Origin: a virus
Direction: 5' to 3' (one strand)
IMG/VR virus record: IMGVR_UViG_3300045988_105340
Coordinates: 1 to 43,306 of that record
DNA length: 43,306 nucleotides
Shown: piece after piece, positions 23,232-32,254 of the stretch
How the letters are laid out: every line of letters begins with the position of its first letter
How positions within the stretch are numbered: position 1 is the first letter of the stretch
Translations under genes and position numbers: made by a program
Notes under the pieces: generated by a model
What the model saw: the letters and a program-made list of their open reading frames with translations, nothing else
Databases searched by the model: none
What the model was told of the DNA's origin: nothing

Positions 23232-25080
23232 TTTCAATTTGTTGGATACAAATGTCTATGGAAAAAATGCAACAGGTAAAACGACATTAGTAGATGCTTT
23301 CACTTGGCTGTTCTTTAATAAGGATTCAAGTGGTGCAAGTGATTTTGATGTGAAAACTAAAACACCTAATGGCGAATATCTTCATAATTTAGAACATTTG
23401 GTTGAAGCAGTTGTTGAAGTAGATGGAACTGAGACTACATTTAAAAAGGTATTCAAAGAAAAATACACTAAACAGCGTGGAAGCACTACAGCATCATTTA
23501 CTGGGCATACAACGGACTATTTCGTTGATGACGTGCCGCGCAAAAAGAAAGAATACGATGAAACAGTTAATGAACTGTTTGATAGTAATATCTTTTCGAT
23601 GATTACTGATCCATTTTATTTCAACACAAGAATGAAATGGCAGGACCGAAGAAAAACTTTGATTGACATTTGCGGTGATGTATCTGATGAAGTTGTGATT
23701 GCTTCCAATAGCGATTTAGCACCTTTAAACGGTGTTCTAGCATCTAAATCAGTTGATGACTACAGACTTCAATTGAAGTCCAAAATGAAACCTATAAATG
23801 ATGAATTGAAAGCAATCCCTATTAAAATCAATGAAGCAAATCTTGCTATTCCAACCGATATTGAAACGATTGATGAAGATAAATTAACTTACATCAACAA
23901 TCGTATTAATGAAGCGGAAAGCAAAAAGCAAAGGATATTAAGTGGTGGGATAATATCTGAAAAAGAAACTGAATTAATTAAATTAAGAAATCAAAGGCTG
24001 TTAATTAAAAATGAAGTTCCTGATGTTAAACCGCTTAAAGATGAAGAGTATAGTTTGAGCATTCAAATTGATTCACTGGAGCATAAAAAAGAGCGTGCTG
24101 AAAATGAAATACAAGTAAAGAAATCACAACAGAAATCTAATGAATTAATGCGTAATGATTTAAGAAATAAATTTACTGAAGTAAACAATATGCAGTATGA
24201 CGAATCAAAAAATATATGTCCTCACTGCGGGCAGGAGCTGCCGCAAGAAAAAATTGATGGCTTCATGGAAGAATTCAATATCAGCAAATCCAACCAGTTG
24301 GAAAATATCGCCAGGGATGGTAAAGCACTTAAAGCTAAATTTGAATCACTGGTTGAAGATGTTGAAGTCCTTGAAAACGATATTAAAAACAATGAAATTC
24401 TAATCAATGACTATCAAAAAAAGCTAAAAGAAGTTAGCGATAAAATCGCAAATGCTAATGATGATTTCGCAAAACAACAGCAACCTAAATTAGATGCGAT
24501 TGATGAAAAAATCGTTAATGCTGAACGTGAAATGGAATTATTGAAATCTAATACAGGTGAAGAAGTTGCAAAGATTAATGAGGAAATCGGCATGTTAAAA
24601 GAGCAGCGTTCACATTATGAAGAAATAAAAGCAAAAGAACATCTTGCTAAAACTCAAATAAACCGAATTGCCGAACTTGAAGCAAGAGAAAAAGAACTAT
24701 CTAATCAGTACAACGATATGGATAAGATGCTTTATTTAACAGATTTATTCATCAAAACAAAAGTAGCCATGCTTACTGAAAAGATTAATAGTCATTTCAA
24801 GTTATGTAAATTTAATCTATTTGAAGAACAGATTAATGGCGGTTTGAACGAAGTTTGTGAAGTAACGGTTAATGGTGTTAATTACACTGATTTAAACAAT
24901 GCAATGAAGATAAATGCTGGCTTGGATGTTATCAATACAATTTGTGATTATTCAAATACATATGCACCTATCTTTATTGACAATGCTGAATCAGTTAATG
25001 AAACAATTCGAACACAGTCACAGCAGATTAGATTGTATGTAACGGATAGTGATGAAAGTTTGAGGGTTGACAATGCTTGA
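23164..25080 (+). CDS. Rad50/SbcC-like SMC-type ATPase with a CxxC zinc hook
   Basis: The start at 23164 follows RBS aaggag. Walker A is GKNATGKTT. A long central coiled coil contains CPHCGQ (about 24217..24228). The C-terminal PIFIDNAES is Walker B-like. Confidence 0.75.
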   Translation: MKNVRLKQMKLRNFKGIKELDIDFNLLDTNVYGKNATGKTTLVDAFTWLFFNKDSSGASDFDVKTKTPNGEYLHNLEHLVEAVVEVDGTETTFKKVFKEKYTKQRGSTTASFTGHTTDYFVDDVPRKKKEYDETVNELFDSNIFSMITDPFYFNTRMKWQDRRKTLIDICGDVSDEVVIASNSDLAPLNGVLASKSVDDYRLQLKSKMKPINDELKAIPIKINEANLAIPTDIETIDEDKLTYINNRINEAESKKQRILSGGIISEKETELIKLRNQRLLIKNEVPDVKPLKDEEYSLSIQIDSLEHKKERAENEIQVKKSQQKSNELMRNDLRNKFTEVNNMQYDESKNICPHCGQELPQEKIDGFMEEFNISKSNQLENIARDGKALKAKFESLVEDVEVLENDIKNNEILINDYQKKLKEVSDKIANANDDFAKQQQPKLDAIDEKIVNAEREMELLKSNTGEEVAKINEEIGMLKEQRSHYEEIKAKEHLAKTQINRIAELEAREKELSNQYNDMDKMLYLTDLFIKTKVAMLTEKINSHFKLCKFNLFEEQINGGLNEVCEVTVNGVNYTDLNNAMKINAGLDVINTICDYSNTYAPIFIDNAESVNETIRTQSQQIRLYVTDSDESLRVDNA

Positions 25081-25807
25081 ATTAAACAAAGTTCATCAAG
25101 GTGATTGTTTAGAACTTATGAAAGATATTCCTGATGGTTCGATAGATATGATCCTTTGCGATTTACCGTATGGAACAACGGCGTGCAAGTGGGACACGGT
25201 CATTCCATTTGAACTGGTGTGGGAACAATATAAACGTATCATCAAAGACAACGGTGCAATTGTATTGTTCGGAAGTGAACCATTTTCAACAGAATTACGA
25301 CATAGCAATTTAAAAATGTTCAAATATGATTGGGTATGGGAAAAAGAACAAGGCGCAAATTTTATGTTGTGTAAGTATCAACCGTATAAAGTACATGAAA
25401 TTATTTCTGTATTTAGCAAGAAACGACATGTGTATAACCCACAAATGACAACGGGAAAACCATACATCTCAGGAAAAGGTACATCGGGAGAAATCACGAG
25501 AAACGTTAAAAAGATTCAAACAAAAAATGACGGTTTGAGATACCCAAGAAGCATTCAAAAATTTAATACGGATAAATCAAAAGGTTCAAAACACCCAACA
25601 CAAAAGCCAGTTGCATTACTTGAATACTTAATCAAGACATATACCAATGAAAATGAAGTGGTTTTAGATAATTGTATAGGAAGTGGTTCAACAGCGATTG
25701 CAGCAATAAATACGAACAGAAATTTTATAGGCATTGAGCTGGATGAATATTATTGCGAAGTTGCAAGAAAAAGAATAGATGAAACATTAAGAATTGAAAA
25801 TAAATAG
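25073..25807 (+). CDS. DNA methyltransferase, N4/N6 MTase family (beta-class motif order)
   Basis: The motif IV-like ILCDLPYG is N-terminal, and the AdoMet motif VLDNCIGSGSTAIAA is C-terminal. HPTQKPVALLEYLI is typical of this family. The ATG at 25073 follows gaggg. Confidence 0.85.
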   Translation: MLELNKVHQGDCLELMKDIPDGSIDMILCDLPYGTTACKWDTVIPFELVWEQYKRIIKDNGAIVLFGSEPFSTELRHSNLKMFKYDWVWEKEQGANFMLCKYQPYKVHEIISVFSKKRHVYNPQMTTGKPYISGKGTSGEITRNVKKIQTKNDGLRYPRSIQKFNTDKSKGSKHPTQKPVALLEYLIKTYTNENEVVLDNCIGSGSTAIAAINTNRNFIGIELDEYYCEVARKRIDETLRIENK

Positions 25808-25823
25808 AAAGAGAGAAAGAAAA

Positions 25824-26801
25824 ATGACACAAGTACAAACAAAAGAACCAAAACAAGAAATTGAATTATCTGTTCAACAGTTAGAAAAACAGGGATTGGT
25901 ATTACCAAAAAATATTACCGATACGGTATTTAATACATTGTCAGTTTACCAACAGCAGGGAACAGTTTCATTCCCTCGGAATTACAGTGTAGGGAACGCT
26001 TTAAAAGCTGCATATCTTATCTATCAAAATGATTCAAAACTACAAAAATGTACAAATGCATCAGTTGCTAATGCTTTGCTTGATATGTGCATTGGCGGTT
26101 TGAACCCTTCTAAAAATCAATGCTATTTTGTACCGATGGGTGACCAATGTACGCTTATGACTTCTTACTTTGGGAAGCAAACAATGGTGAAACGTATTAA
26201 AGGAGTTATTGATGTAAGAAGCGATGTCATTTATAAAGACACATGCTACGAACTAACACTTGATGTATATGGTAATGACGATATTAAAATCACTGGTCCA
26301 TGTCCACTTGATAAAAGAAAAAGCGAGAATATCATTGGTGCATGGGCAAGAATTATTCTCGATCCTGAAGTATGGGGAGTTGAAACATACACAGCAATAA
26401 TGACATTAGAAGATATTCAAAATGCATGGTCAATGGGCAGTGCTTATGGAAAATCTAAAGCACATCAAAAGTTCATGGGTGAAATGGCTAAGAAATCAGC
26501 TATCAACAGATGTATCAAAAACTTTATAAATACACGTGATGATCAAGATATTTTAATTGATACTTTGAATCGTGTAACTTCAAATGAATACAGTGAAAGT
26601 GAACCTGATGTTTATGATGATGTGCAATACCAAGTAAGAGAAGAACAGGCATCACAGGTCATTGATATTTCACAAGAATCACAGGAATCGCCAAAACAAG
26701 CGCATACAGAGCCAAAACCACAAACACAACCAAAAGCACCTAAAGAAGAAAAACAAGCCACAGCGCAAGTGAAACAAGAGCAAATGGGAATTGACTGGTA
26801 A
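25824..26801 (+). CDS. recT: RecT-family single-strand annealing protein
   Basis: SVANALLDMCIGGLNPSKNQCYFVPMGDQCTLMTSYFGKQTMVKR is RecT-like. The C-terminal tail is acidic and low-complexity. Confidence 0.85.
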   Translation: MTQVQTKEPKQEIELSVQQLEKQGLVLPKNITDTVFNTLSVYQQQGTVSFPRNYSVGNALKAAYLIYQNDSKLQKCTNASVANALLDMCIGGLNPSKNQCYFVPMGDQCTLMTSYFGKQTMVKRIKGVIDVRSDVIYKDTCYELTLDVYGNDDIKITGPCPLDKRKSENIIGAWARIILDPEVWGVETYTAIMTLEDIQNAWSMGSAYGKSKAHQKFMGEMAKKSAINRCIKNFINTRDDQDILIDTLNRVTSNEYSESEPDVYDDVQYQVREEQASQVIDISQESQESPKQAHTEPKPQTQPKAPKEEKQATAQVKQEQMGIDW

Positions 26802-27487
26802 TGGAAATTAGACCGATAGCAAGCAGCAGTAAAGGAAACGCTTATTTAATAAGCGATTTCCAAACTACTGTATTAATAGAATGCGGGATACCATTTAAAG
26901 AACTAAAAAGAAAAACAAACTTTATTGTTCCTAATGTAATTGATGCTTGTTTGATTTCGCATGAACATGGTGATCATTCTAAATCGCTAAAAGATTTATT
27001 GAATGCAGGTGTTAGGTGCTATGCACTAAAAGAAGTGTTTGAAGCTAAAGAGATTAATAACCACCACAGAGCAAAAAGAATTAAACATTTAAAGCAGGTT
27101 GACATAGGCACATTTAAAATAATTCCTTTGGAAATTAATCATGATGTTCCTTGTGTTGGCTTCCTTATTTATTCGGTTGTGACGAATGAAAAGCTGTTAT
27201 TTGCAACCGATACATATATGATCAAGTACGCTTTCCACGGGCTTGATTACATAATGATAGAAGCGAATTATGATATTGAACTTGTTGAAGAAGATGCACA
27301 AAGAAAAAGGCTTATCCAAAGCCATATGAGCATAGACACAACTATTCAATATTTAAAATCTATCGATCTGTCAAAAGTTAAGAGAATCTATTTGATGCAT
27401 CTGTCAAGTAGACATTCAAATGAAGAAGATTTTAAAAGAAGGGTGCAGGCTGCAACAGGTATTCCTGTTGAAGTTTGTCAAGAATAA
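26801..27487 (+). CDS. MBL-fold metallo-hydrolase
   Basis: It carries the HxHxDH motif (SHEHGDH) and downstream His/Asp residues (EINHD, ATDTY, MHLS). It is stop-start overlapped with recT. Confidence 0.8.
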   Translation: MEIRPIASSSKGNAYLISDFQTTVLIECGIPFKELKRKTNFIVPNVIDACLISHEHGDHSKSLKDLLNAGVRCYALKEVFEAKEINNHHRAKRIKHLKQVDIGTFKIIPLEINHDVPCVGFLIYSVVTNEKLLFATDTYMIKYAFHGLDYIMIEANYDIELVEEDAQRKRLIQSHMSIDTTIQYLKSIDLSKVKRIYLMHLSSRHSNEEDFKRRVQAATGIPVEVCQE

Positions 27488-27507
27488 AAACTAAAGAAAG
27501 GAAAAAT

Positions 27508-28113
27508 ATGAAAGATTGGACAGGAAATAAAAAATCAACATTCGTAACACTAGGCGCAAGTAATCATTCCTTAGTAGATAGAGAAGAACATGACTTTTAT
27601 TCAACTGATCCAAAATCACTTGAAATATTCCTAAAAGCATATTTAGAACGTGATAAAAACACTTTATCAAACAAAATATGGGAATGTGCATGTGGTCAAG
27701 GTCATTTAAGTGATGTTTTAAAAAATCATGGGTATGAAGTCATTTCAACAGATTTAATTAATAGAGGTTACGGAATAGGGGGAATTGACTTCTTACAATA
27801 TAACGAAGAAATTAATTGCGACATATTAACGAACCCACCATATAAGTATGCACAAGAATTTGTTGAACACGCTTTGGATATTCAAGAAAACGGAAACAAA
27901 ACAATTATGTTTTTAAAGATACAATTTTTGGAAGGTCAAAAAAGAAGTCTATTGTTTGAAAAATACCCACCTAAATATGTTTATGTGAACACCAAAAGAC
28001 AAATATGTTATTTGAATGGTGATATGAGCAGAAAAATGAGTTCAGCAACTTGTTATTGCTGGTTTGTATGGGAAAAAGGATTTCAAGGAGATCCAATAAT
28101 TAAAAGAATTTAA
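27508..28113 (+). CDS. Small N6-adenine DNA methyltransferase (NPPY class)
   Basis: AdoMet motif WECACGQGHLS precedes catalytic motif ILTNPPYKYA. Only about 200 aa, with no obvious separate target-recognition domain. Confidence 0.7.
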   Translation: MKDWTGNKKSTFVTLGASNHSLVDREEHDFYSTDPKSLEIFLKAYLERDKNTLSNKIWECACGQGHLSDVLKNHGYEVISTDLINRGYGIGGIDFLQYNEEINCDILTNPPYKYAQEFVEHALDIQENGNKTIMFLKIQFLEGQKRSLLFEKYPPKYVYVNTKRQICYLNGDMSRKMSSATCYCWFVWEKGFQGDPIIKRI

Positions 28114-28135
28114 ATTAAGAAAGAGGAAACAAAAA

Positions 28136-28891
28136 ATGGAAAATACAATGTTAAGAGATTTAGCAGAAAAAATTGAAGAATTAGTAGAAGGTCAGGTTGC
28201 CCCTGAAATTGTTGAACATGAGGGTGTTGATTATATCAGAACATCACATGGATATGAACAATTAAACAAACCAAAAACACGCAAAATCGAAGCAAATAGC
28301 TTAGATGGCTTAATTAAATTAATCAAAAACAATAATAAAGATGCATCTGATGTGTTTGGAATTTATTCACCTTTGATTGTAAGAGTTGATTTTAATTGTA
28401 TTGAAGTCATGAGTGCGTTAAATGCTGATAAAAGTAGAAATTATCTTTTTGAAGCTAACCCGATGATTCCATCATTAAGAATTGGTTATGATATGTCGGT
28501 TGAAGAAATGATCATCTTGTTATCAACTTCATTCATCATGACTGAAAATACAGAAAAGTTCATCAATTCATTATCTTCACTAAGAGTTGTTGAAGAAGTT
28601 GAATTTAATGATGATGGTGTTGGTCAAACAGTTACAGCTAAAAAAGGTGCATCAGTGAATGCGAAGTTCCAGGTGCAGCCTATCGTTAAGTTGAAACCTA
28701 TTAGAACTTATGAAGAAATTGAACAAGTAGAATCTAAGTTCTTATTTAGAGTTAATAAAAATGGAACTGTATGCTTGCGTGAAGCTGATGGCGGACAATG
28801 GAAATATGAAGTTCAAAAAAGAATCGTTGCTTATTTAGAAGAATATTTAAAAGATTTGATTGAAGAAAATAAAGTTGTTGTAGTTGGTTAG
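28136..28891 (+). CDS. Hypothetical protein (251 aa; possibly DUF2303/YfdQ-like, unverified)
   Basis: Strong RBS agaggaaac, within the recombination module. The family guess is weak. Confidence 0.55.
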   Translation: MENTMLRDLAEKIEELVEGQVAPEIVEHEGVDYIRTSHGYEQLNKPKTRKIEANSLDGLIKLIKNNNKDASDVFGIYSPLIVRVDFNCIEVMSALNADKSRNYLFEANPMIPSLRIGYDMSVEEMIILLSTSFIMTENTEKFINSLSSLRVVEEVEFNDDGVGQTVTAKKGASVNAKFQVQPIVKLKPIRTYEEIEQVESKFLFRVNKNGTVCLREADGGQWKYEVQKRIVAYLEEYLKDLIEENKVVVVG

Positions 28892-28902
28892 AGGTAAGAA
28901 AA

Positions 28903-29301
28903 ATGGATGAATTAGTTAAAGCAAAAGATGTTAAAAAAATTGGTATTCTAGGAATCCAAAACGGACAGATCATAAAAAATATTGATTATGAATTAGAAAA
29001 AATCATTAAAAATATCAACGATATAAATACGGATGATAAGCCACGTGAATTAAATGTAAAAATTAAGATTATTCCTATTAACAATAAAAAGCAACTGGTA
29101 ATTGAATGTACACCAACCGCTAAACTAAGACCGCTTAATACGGTCCAATCAACATTATTCAACATTCAAGAAACTGATAAAGAAACTGGTGTTGTATTTA
29201 ACAAATTACAGGAAATAACTGATGTTGCTATTGGTCAAATGAATATTGATGGTGAAATTCAGGAAGCACCCGAACCGATTTATATTGGTGTGGATATGTA
29301 A
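28903..29301 (+). CDS. Hypothetical protein (132 aa)
   Basis: ORF with RBS gaggtaag. No recognisable motif. Confidence 0.5.
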   Translation: MDELVKAKDVKKIGILGIQNGQIIKNIDYELEKIIKNINDINTDDKPRELNVKIKIIPINNKKQLVIECTPTAKLRPLNTVQSTLFNIQETDKETGVVFNKLQEITDVAIGQMNIDGEIQEAPEPIYIGVDM

Positions 29302-29314
29302 GAGAGGTAACCAA

Positions 29315-29590
29315 ATGAATCCAACGGAAATATATGAAAAAGCAATTGAAACCTATGGTGAAAATGCACAATTGGACATGGCTGTTGAAGAAATGTCAGA
29401 ACTCACAAAAGAAATCTGTAAAAGAAAACGTGGAAAAGATAATCATGCTGCAATTGTAGAAGAAGTTGCAGATGTTCTTATCATGATTGAACAATTAAAA
29501 ATCATGTGTCAAATAGGTTCGAAGGAATTAAATGATGTTAAATGGGATAAAATCAAACGTCTTGAAGAAAGGCTAAAAAACGGGTATTAA
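29315..29590 (+). CDS. mazG: MazG-like nucleotide pyrophosphohydrolase
   Basis: QLDMAVEEMSELTKEI ... IVEEVADVLIMIEQL carries the EExxE ... ExxD helix motifs of small phage MazG proteins. The ATG at 29315 follows agagagg. Confidence 0.7.
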   Translation: MNPTEIYEKAIETYGENAQLDMAVEEMSELTKEICKRKRGKDNHAAIVEEVADVLIMIEQLKIMCQIGSKELNDVKWDKIKRLEERLKNGY

Positions 29591-29592
29591 TT

Positions 29593-30078
29593 ATGATTTT
29601 GTCAATTGATCCAGGGAATGAGTATTCAGCTTATTCCCTTCTAGATAAAAATTTAAAGCCTGTTAAATTTGGAAAAGTATTAAACCATGATTTATTAATA
29701 ATCTTGGAAGAATTATTTTTAATCGAGTGTATAACTGATGTTGCTATTGAAATGATTGCATCATATGGCATGGCAGTAGGCAAAACAGTTTTTGATACTT
29801 GTGTTTGGATTGGTAGATTTTATCAGCTTATTAGTGAACGATCAAATATAAAACCTACATTCATATATCGTAAAGATGAAAAAATGTGTATTTGCGGAAA
29901 TATGAAAGCGAAAGATTCTAACATTAGGCAAGCGCTAATAGATCGATTTGCAAATCATGATTTTAAGAATGGAAAAGGAAATAAAAAAAATCCTGATTGG
30001 TTTTATGGATTTAAAGCTGATGTTTGGGCTGCATATGCGGTTGGAGTAACATATCATGAACTAAAAAAAGAAACTTAA
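29593..30078 (+). CDS. RuvC-like Holliday junction resolvase (putative)
   Basis: ILSIDPGNEYSAY (catalytic Asp), VAIEM (Glu) and KADVWAAYAV (Asp) occur in RuvC-like order and spacing. Confidence 0.5.
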   Translation: MILSIDPGNEYSAYSLLDKNLKPVKFGKVLNHDLLIILEELFLIECITDVAIEMIASYGMAVGKTVFDTCVWIGRFYQLISERSNIKPTFIYRKDEKMCICGNMKAKDSNIRQALIDRFANHDFKNGKGNKKNPDWFYGFKADVWAAYAVGVTYHELKKET

Positions 30079-30180
30079 ATTTTAGCTTGTAAGAGGCTTT
30101 TAATTAAATAGGTATAAATTTATCGAAAAGTTAAAAATCTCTTAACAGGCTTTAAATAAATGAAGAATAGAGGTGTTTAG

Positions 30181-30324
30181 ATGGTTTTAATTGTGATACT
30201 GATTGCAATTATAGCTATTTTGCTGCTAGCGATAGATAAATTGATTAGTGATAGAAACTACTGGAAGCAAGTAGCTTATGAAAAGCAGCAAATAATGAAT
30301 AAATGGTGGTATGAAGATAACTGA
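30181..30324 (+). CDS. Small membrane protein (47 aa), absent from the ORF track
   Basis: The RBS is agaggtgtttagATG. The product starts MVLIVILIAIIAILLLAIDKLISDRNYWKQ... Confidence 0.35.
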   Translation: MVLIVILIAIIAILLLAIDKLISDRNYWKQVAYEKQQIMNKWWYEDN

Positions 30325-30517
30325 AAAAGATTTAGCAATGTATAAAGAAGCACAGGAAATTAAAACAGCCACGTGTAATATCACGCAGGCAAGATTAAGA
30401 CAAACAAAATACGGTTATTATCGCTGGAAGGCTTCAGGTCTTAGCATTTCAAAGTATCTTTACATTGCAGATAATGAAGATAAATTCTTCGGAAAGGAAA
30501 ATGAGAATGTTAAATAA
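30311..30517 (+). CDS. Hypothetical protein (68 aa)
   Basis: The ORF overlaps both neighbours by a few codons. No motif recognised. Confidence 0.4.
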   Translation: MKITEKDLAMYKEAQEIKTATCNITQARLRQTKYGYYRWKASGLSISKYLYIADNEDKFFGKENENVK

Positions 30518-30911
30518 ATTATGCTGTATTGGAAGGCTGACAAAAGACCCCGAATTGAGAAGAACACAACAAGGCACCGCAGTAGCATCATTCAATTTAG
30601 CTTGTAATCGAACATTTAAAAGTGCAGATGGACAGGAAGCGGATTTTATACCTTGTGTTATTTGGAATAAGGGGGCAGAAAATGTTGAAAGATATTGTTC
30701 CAAAGGATCATTGATTGCAATTGAAGCTAGGATGCAGTCAAGAAGTTATGATAATTCACATGGACAAAAAGTATTTGTTCTTGAAGCAGTATGTGAAAGC
30801 GTTCAGTTTTTAGATAGTAGAAATAAAGAAAATAAAGCACCTGAGCAACAAAATAGTTTTAATGGTTCGAATAATAATTTTGATATATCAGAAGATGATA
30901 TACAGTTTTAG
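30501..30911 (+). CDS. ssb: Single-stranded DNA-binding protein
   Basis: The OB-fold pattern is IGRLTKDPELRRTQQGTAVASFNLACNR...DFIPCVIWNKGAENV...KGSLIAIEARMQSRSY, with an acidic tail ending DDIQF. Confidence 0.85.
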   Translation: MRMLNKLCCIGRLTKDPELRRTQQGTAVASFNLACNRTFKSADGQEADFIPCVIWNKGAENVERYCSKGSLIAIEARMQSRSYDNSHGQKVFVLEAVCESVQFLDSRNKENKAPEQQNSFNGSNNNFDISEDDIQF

Positions 30912-30922
30912 AGGTGAGTATT

Positions 30923-31780
30923 GTGGCAAAGTCTGATAAAAAATACTACTGGTTAAGGCTGCAAAAGGACTTCTTCAAAAGGCACGATATAAGGATTGTT
31001 GAATCTATGCCAAATGGAAAGGATTATATACTGTTTTATTTGAAGGTTATATGTGAATCAGCAAATCATGGTGGAAATCTAAGATTTAGTGAAACAATAC
31101 CATATAGTGAAGAAATGCTTGCAACTATTACTAACACAAATGTTGATGTTGTAAGAAATGCAATCAAGATATTTCAAGAGTTAAACATGATTGAAGTATT
31201 AGATAATGGAACGTACTTTATGCATGAAGTACAAAATATGGTTGGATATGAAACAGAGTGGGCAATAAAAAAGCGTGAATATAGAAAAAAAGTGAATGCC
31301 CAAAATGTATTGCAAAGTGAAAATAATGCAAGTAAGGCATTAAAAGGTGGACAATACGAGGACAATGTCCTAAACGTAAGGACAAATAAAGGACAATGTC
31401 CTAAAAAAGAGGACAATGTCCGACAAGATAAAGAGATAGAGATAGATAAAGAGATAGAGATAGATATAAATAATAATATATATAATGCTCAGATCGAACC
31501 ATCTATTATCACTATAACTTTAAATGACAAATCAGAATATCCGATCTATCAAAGTATGATTGATGAATGGAATGAACTATATCCAAATGTTGATGTACTT
31601 CAAGAGCTTAGAAAAATGAAAGGCTGGTCAAATGCTAATCCTGCAAAAAGAAAGACTAAAAAAGGAATTCAAAGATTTATTAATGCATGGCTCGCAAGAG
31701 AGCAGGACAAACCTAGAAAAATCCAACAACAAACTACAAAAGACTTGGCATCAAATTTAGATTTCAATGAGTTCTACTAA
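30923..31780 (+). CDS. Phage replisome organiser (origin-binding, SPP1 G38P-like N-terminal region)
   Basis: KKYYWLRLQKDFFKRHDIRIVESMPNGKDYILFYLKVICES...IPYSEEMLA matches the replisome-organiser N-terminal family. The GTG at 30923 follows aggtgag. Confidence 0.8.
   Translation: MAKSDKKYYWLRLQKDFFKRHDIRIVESMPNGKDYILFYLKVICESANHGGNLRFSETIPYSEEMLATITNTNVDVVRNAIKIFQELNMIEVLDNGTYFMHEVQNMVGYETEWAIKKREYRKKVNAQNVLQSENNASKALKGGQYEDNVLNVRTNKGQCPKKEDNVRQDKEIEIDKEIEIDINNNIYNAQIEPSIITITLNDKSEYPIYQSMIDEWNELYPNVDVLQELRKMKGWSNANPAKRKTKKGIQRFINAWLAREQDKPRKIQQQTTKDLASNLDFNEFY
31349..31487. repeat. Candidate replication origin inside the organiser gene: five GGACAA boxes, an 18-bp tandem duplication and an AT-rich stretch
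   Basis: GGACAATGTCC occurs at 31360, 31391 and 31411, with degenerate boxes at 31349 and 31380 (start-to-start spacings 11, 20, 11 and 20 nt). gataaagagatagagata is repeated twice at 31427..31462, followed by gatataaataataatatatataatg. Confidence 0.55.
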
Positions 31781-32103
31781 TGACACCAAATGAATTTACT
31801 AAAGCTATGACATTTCTAGGTTTGAATTATAATAAAGGTTTTACAACCGAACATATACAAATGCTGTATCCGAGATTTGCTAGTTACAGTTATGAGCAAA
31901 TCAAGGAAGCAATACGTAAATGTATCGATAATGAGAAGTACATAAACAATATAGCATATGACTTAGGGCAGTATTTGCCTTCTGTGGAGCAAAAAATGAA
32001 TAGAGCGTTGGAATATGCCAATGACTTCAAAACGTGCCCTAGAACTAAAAAAATATGCCCACTTGATCCAGTATGGATATGGGCAGTAACTAACTTTGAT
32101 TAA
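31780..32103 (+). CDS. Putative helicase loader (SPP1 G39P-like)
   Basis: 107 aa, ATG-overlapped with the organiser stop. MTPNEFTKAMTFLGLNYNKGFTTEHIQMLYPRFASYSYEQIKEAIRKCI fits the G39P-like N-terminal pattern. Assignment is from memory of the family. Confidence 0.45.
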   Translation: MTPNEFTKAMTFLGLNYNKGFTTEHIQMLYPRFASYSYEQIKEAIRKCIDNEKYINNIAYDLGQYLPSVEQKMNRALEYANDFKTCPRTKKICPLDPVWIWAVTNFD

Positions 32104-32119
32104 AAAGAAGGGGATAGGA

Positions 32120-32254
32120 ATGCTGAATATAATATTAACCATATTGTTGGTAATGGCTTTATTTACATTAGGTTGTTTTATTATATTGAATTCTCTTGAA
32201 GAAAGATATAGGGAATTGGAGGATGAAGAGAATGCTAAAGATAGAAAAGATTAA
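32120..32254 (+). CDS. Small membrane protein (44 aa), absent from the ORF track
   Basis: The RBS is gaaggggataggaATG. The product is MLNIILTILLVMALFTLGCFIILNSLEERYRELEDEENAKDRKD. Confidence 0.35.
   Translation: MLNIILTILLVMALFTLGCFIILNSLEERYRELEDEENAKDRKD

Noticed and set aside
31349-31462. Short direct repeats that might suggest a CRISPR array.
   Set aside because: The units are only 11 and 18 bp, without unique spacers of CRISPR size, and lie inside a coding sequence. They are better explained as origin iterons.
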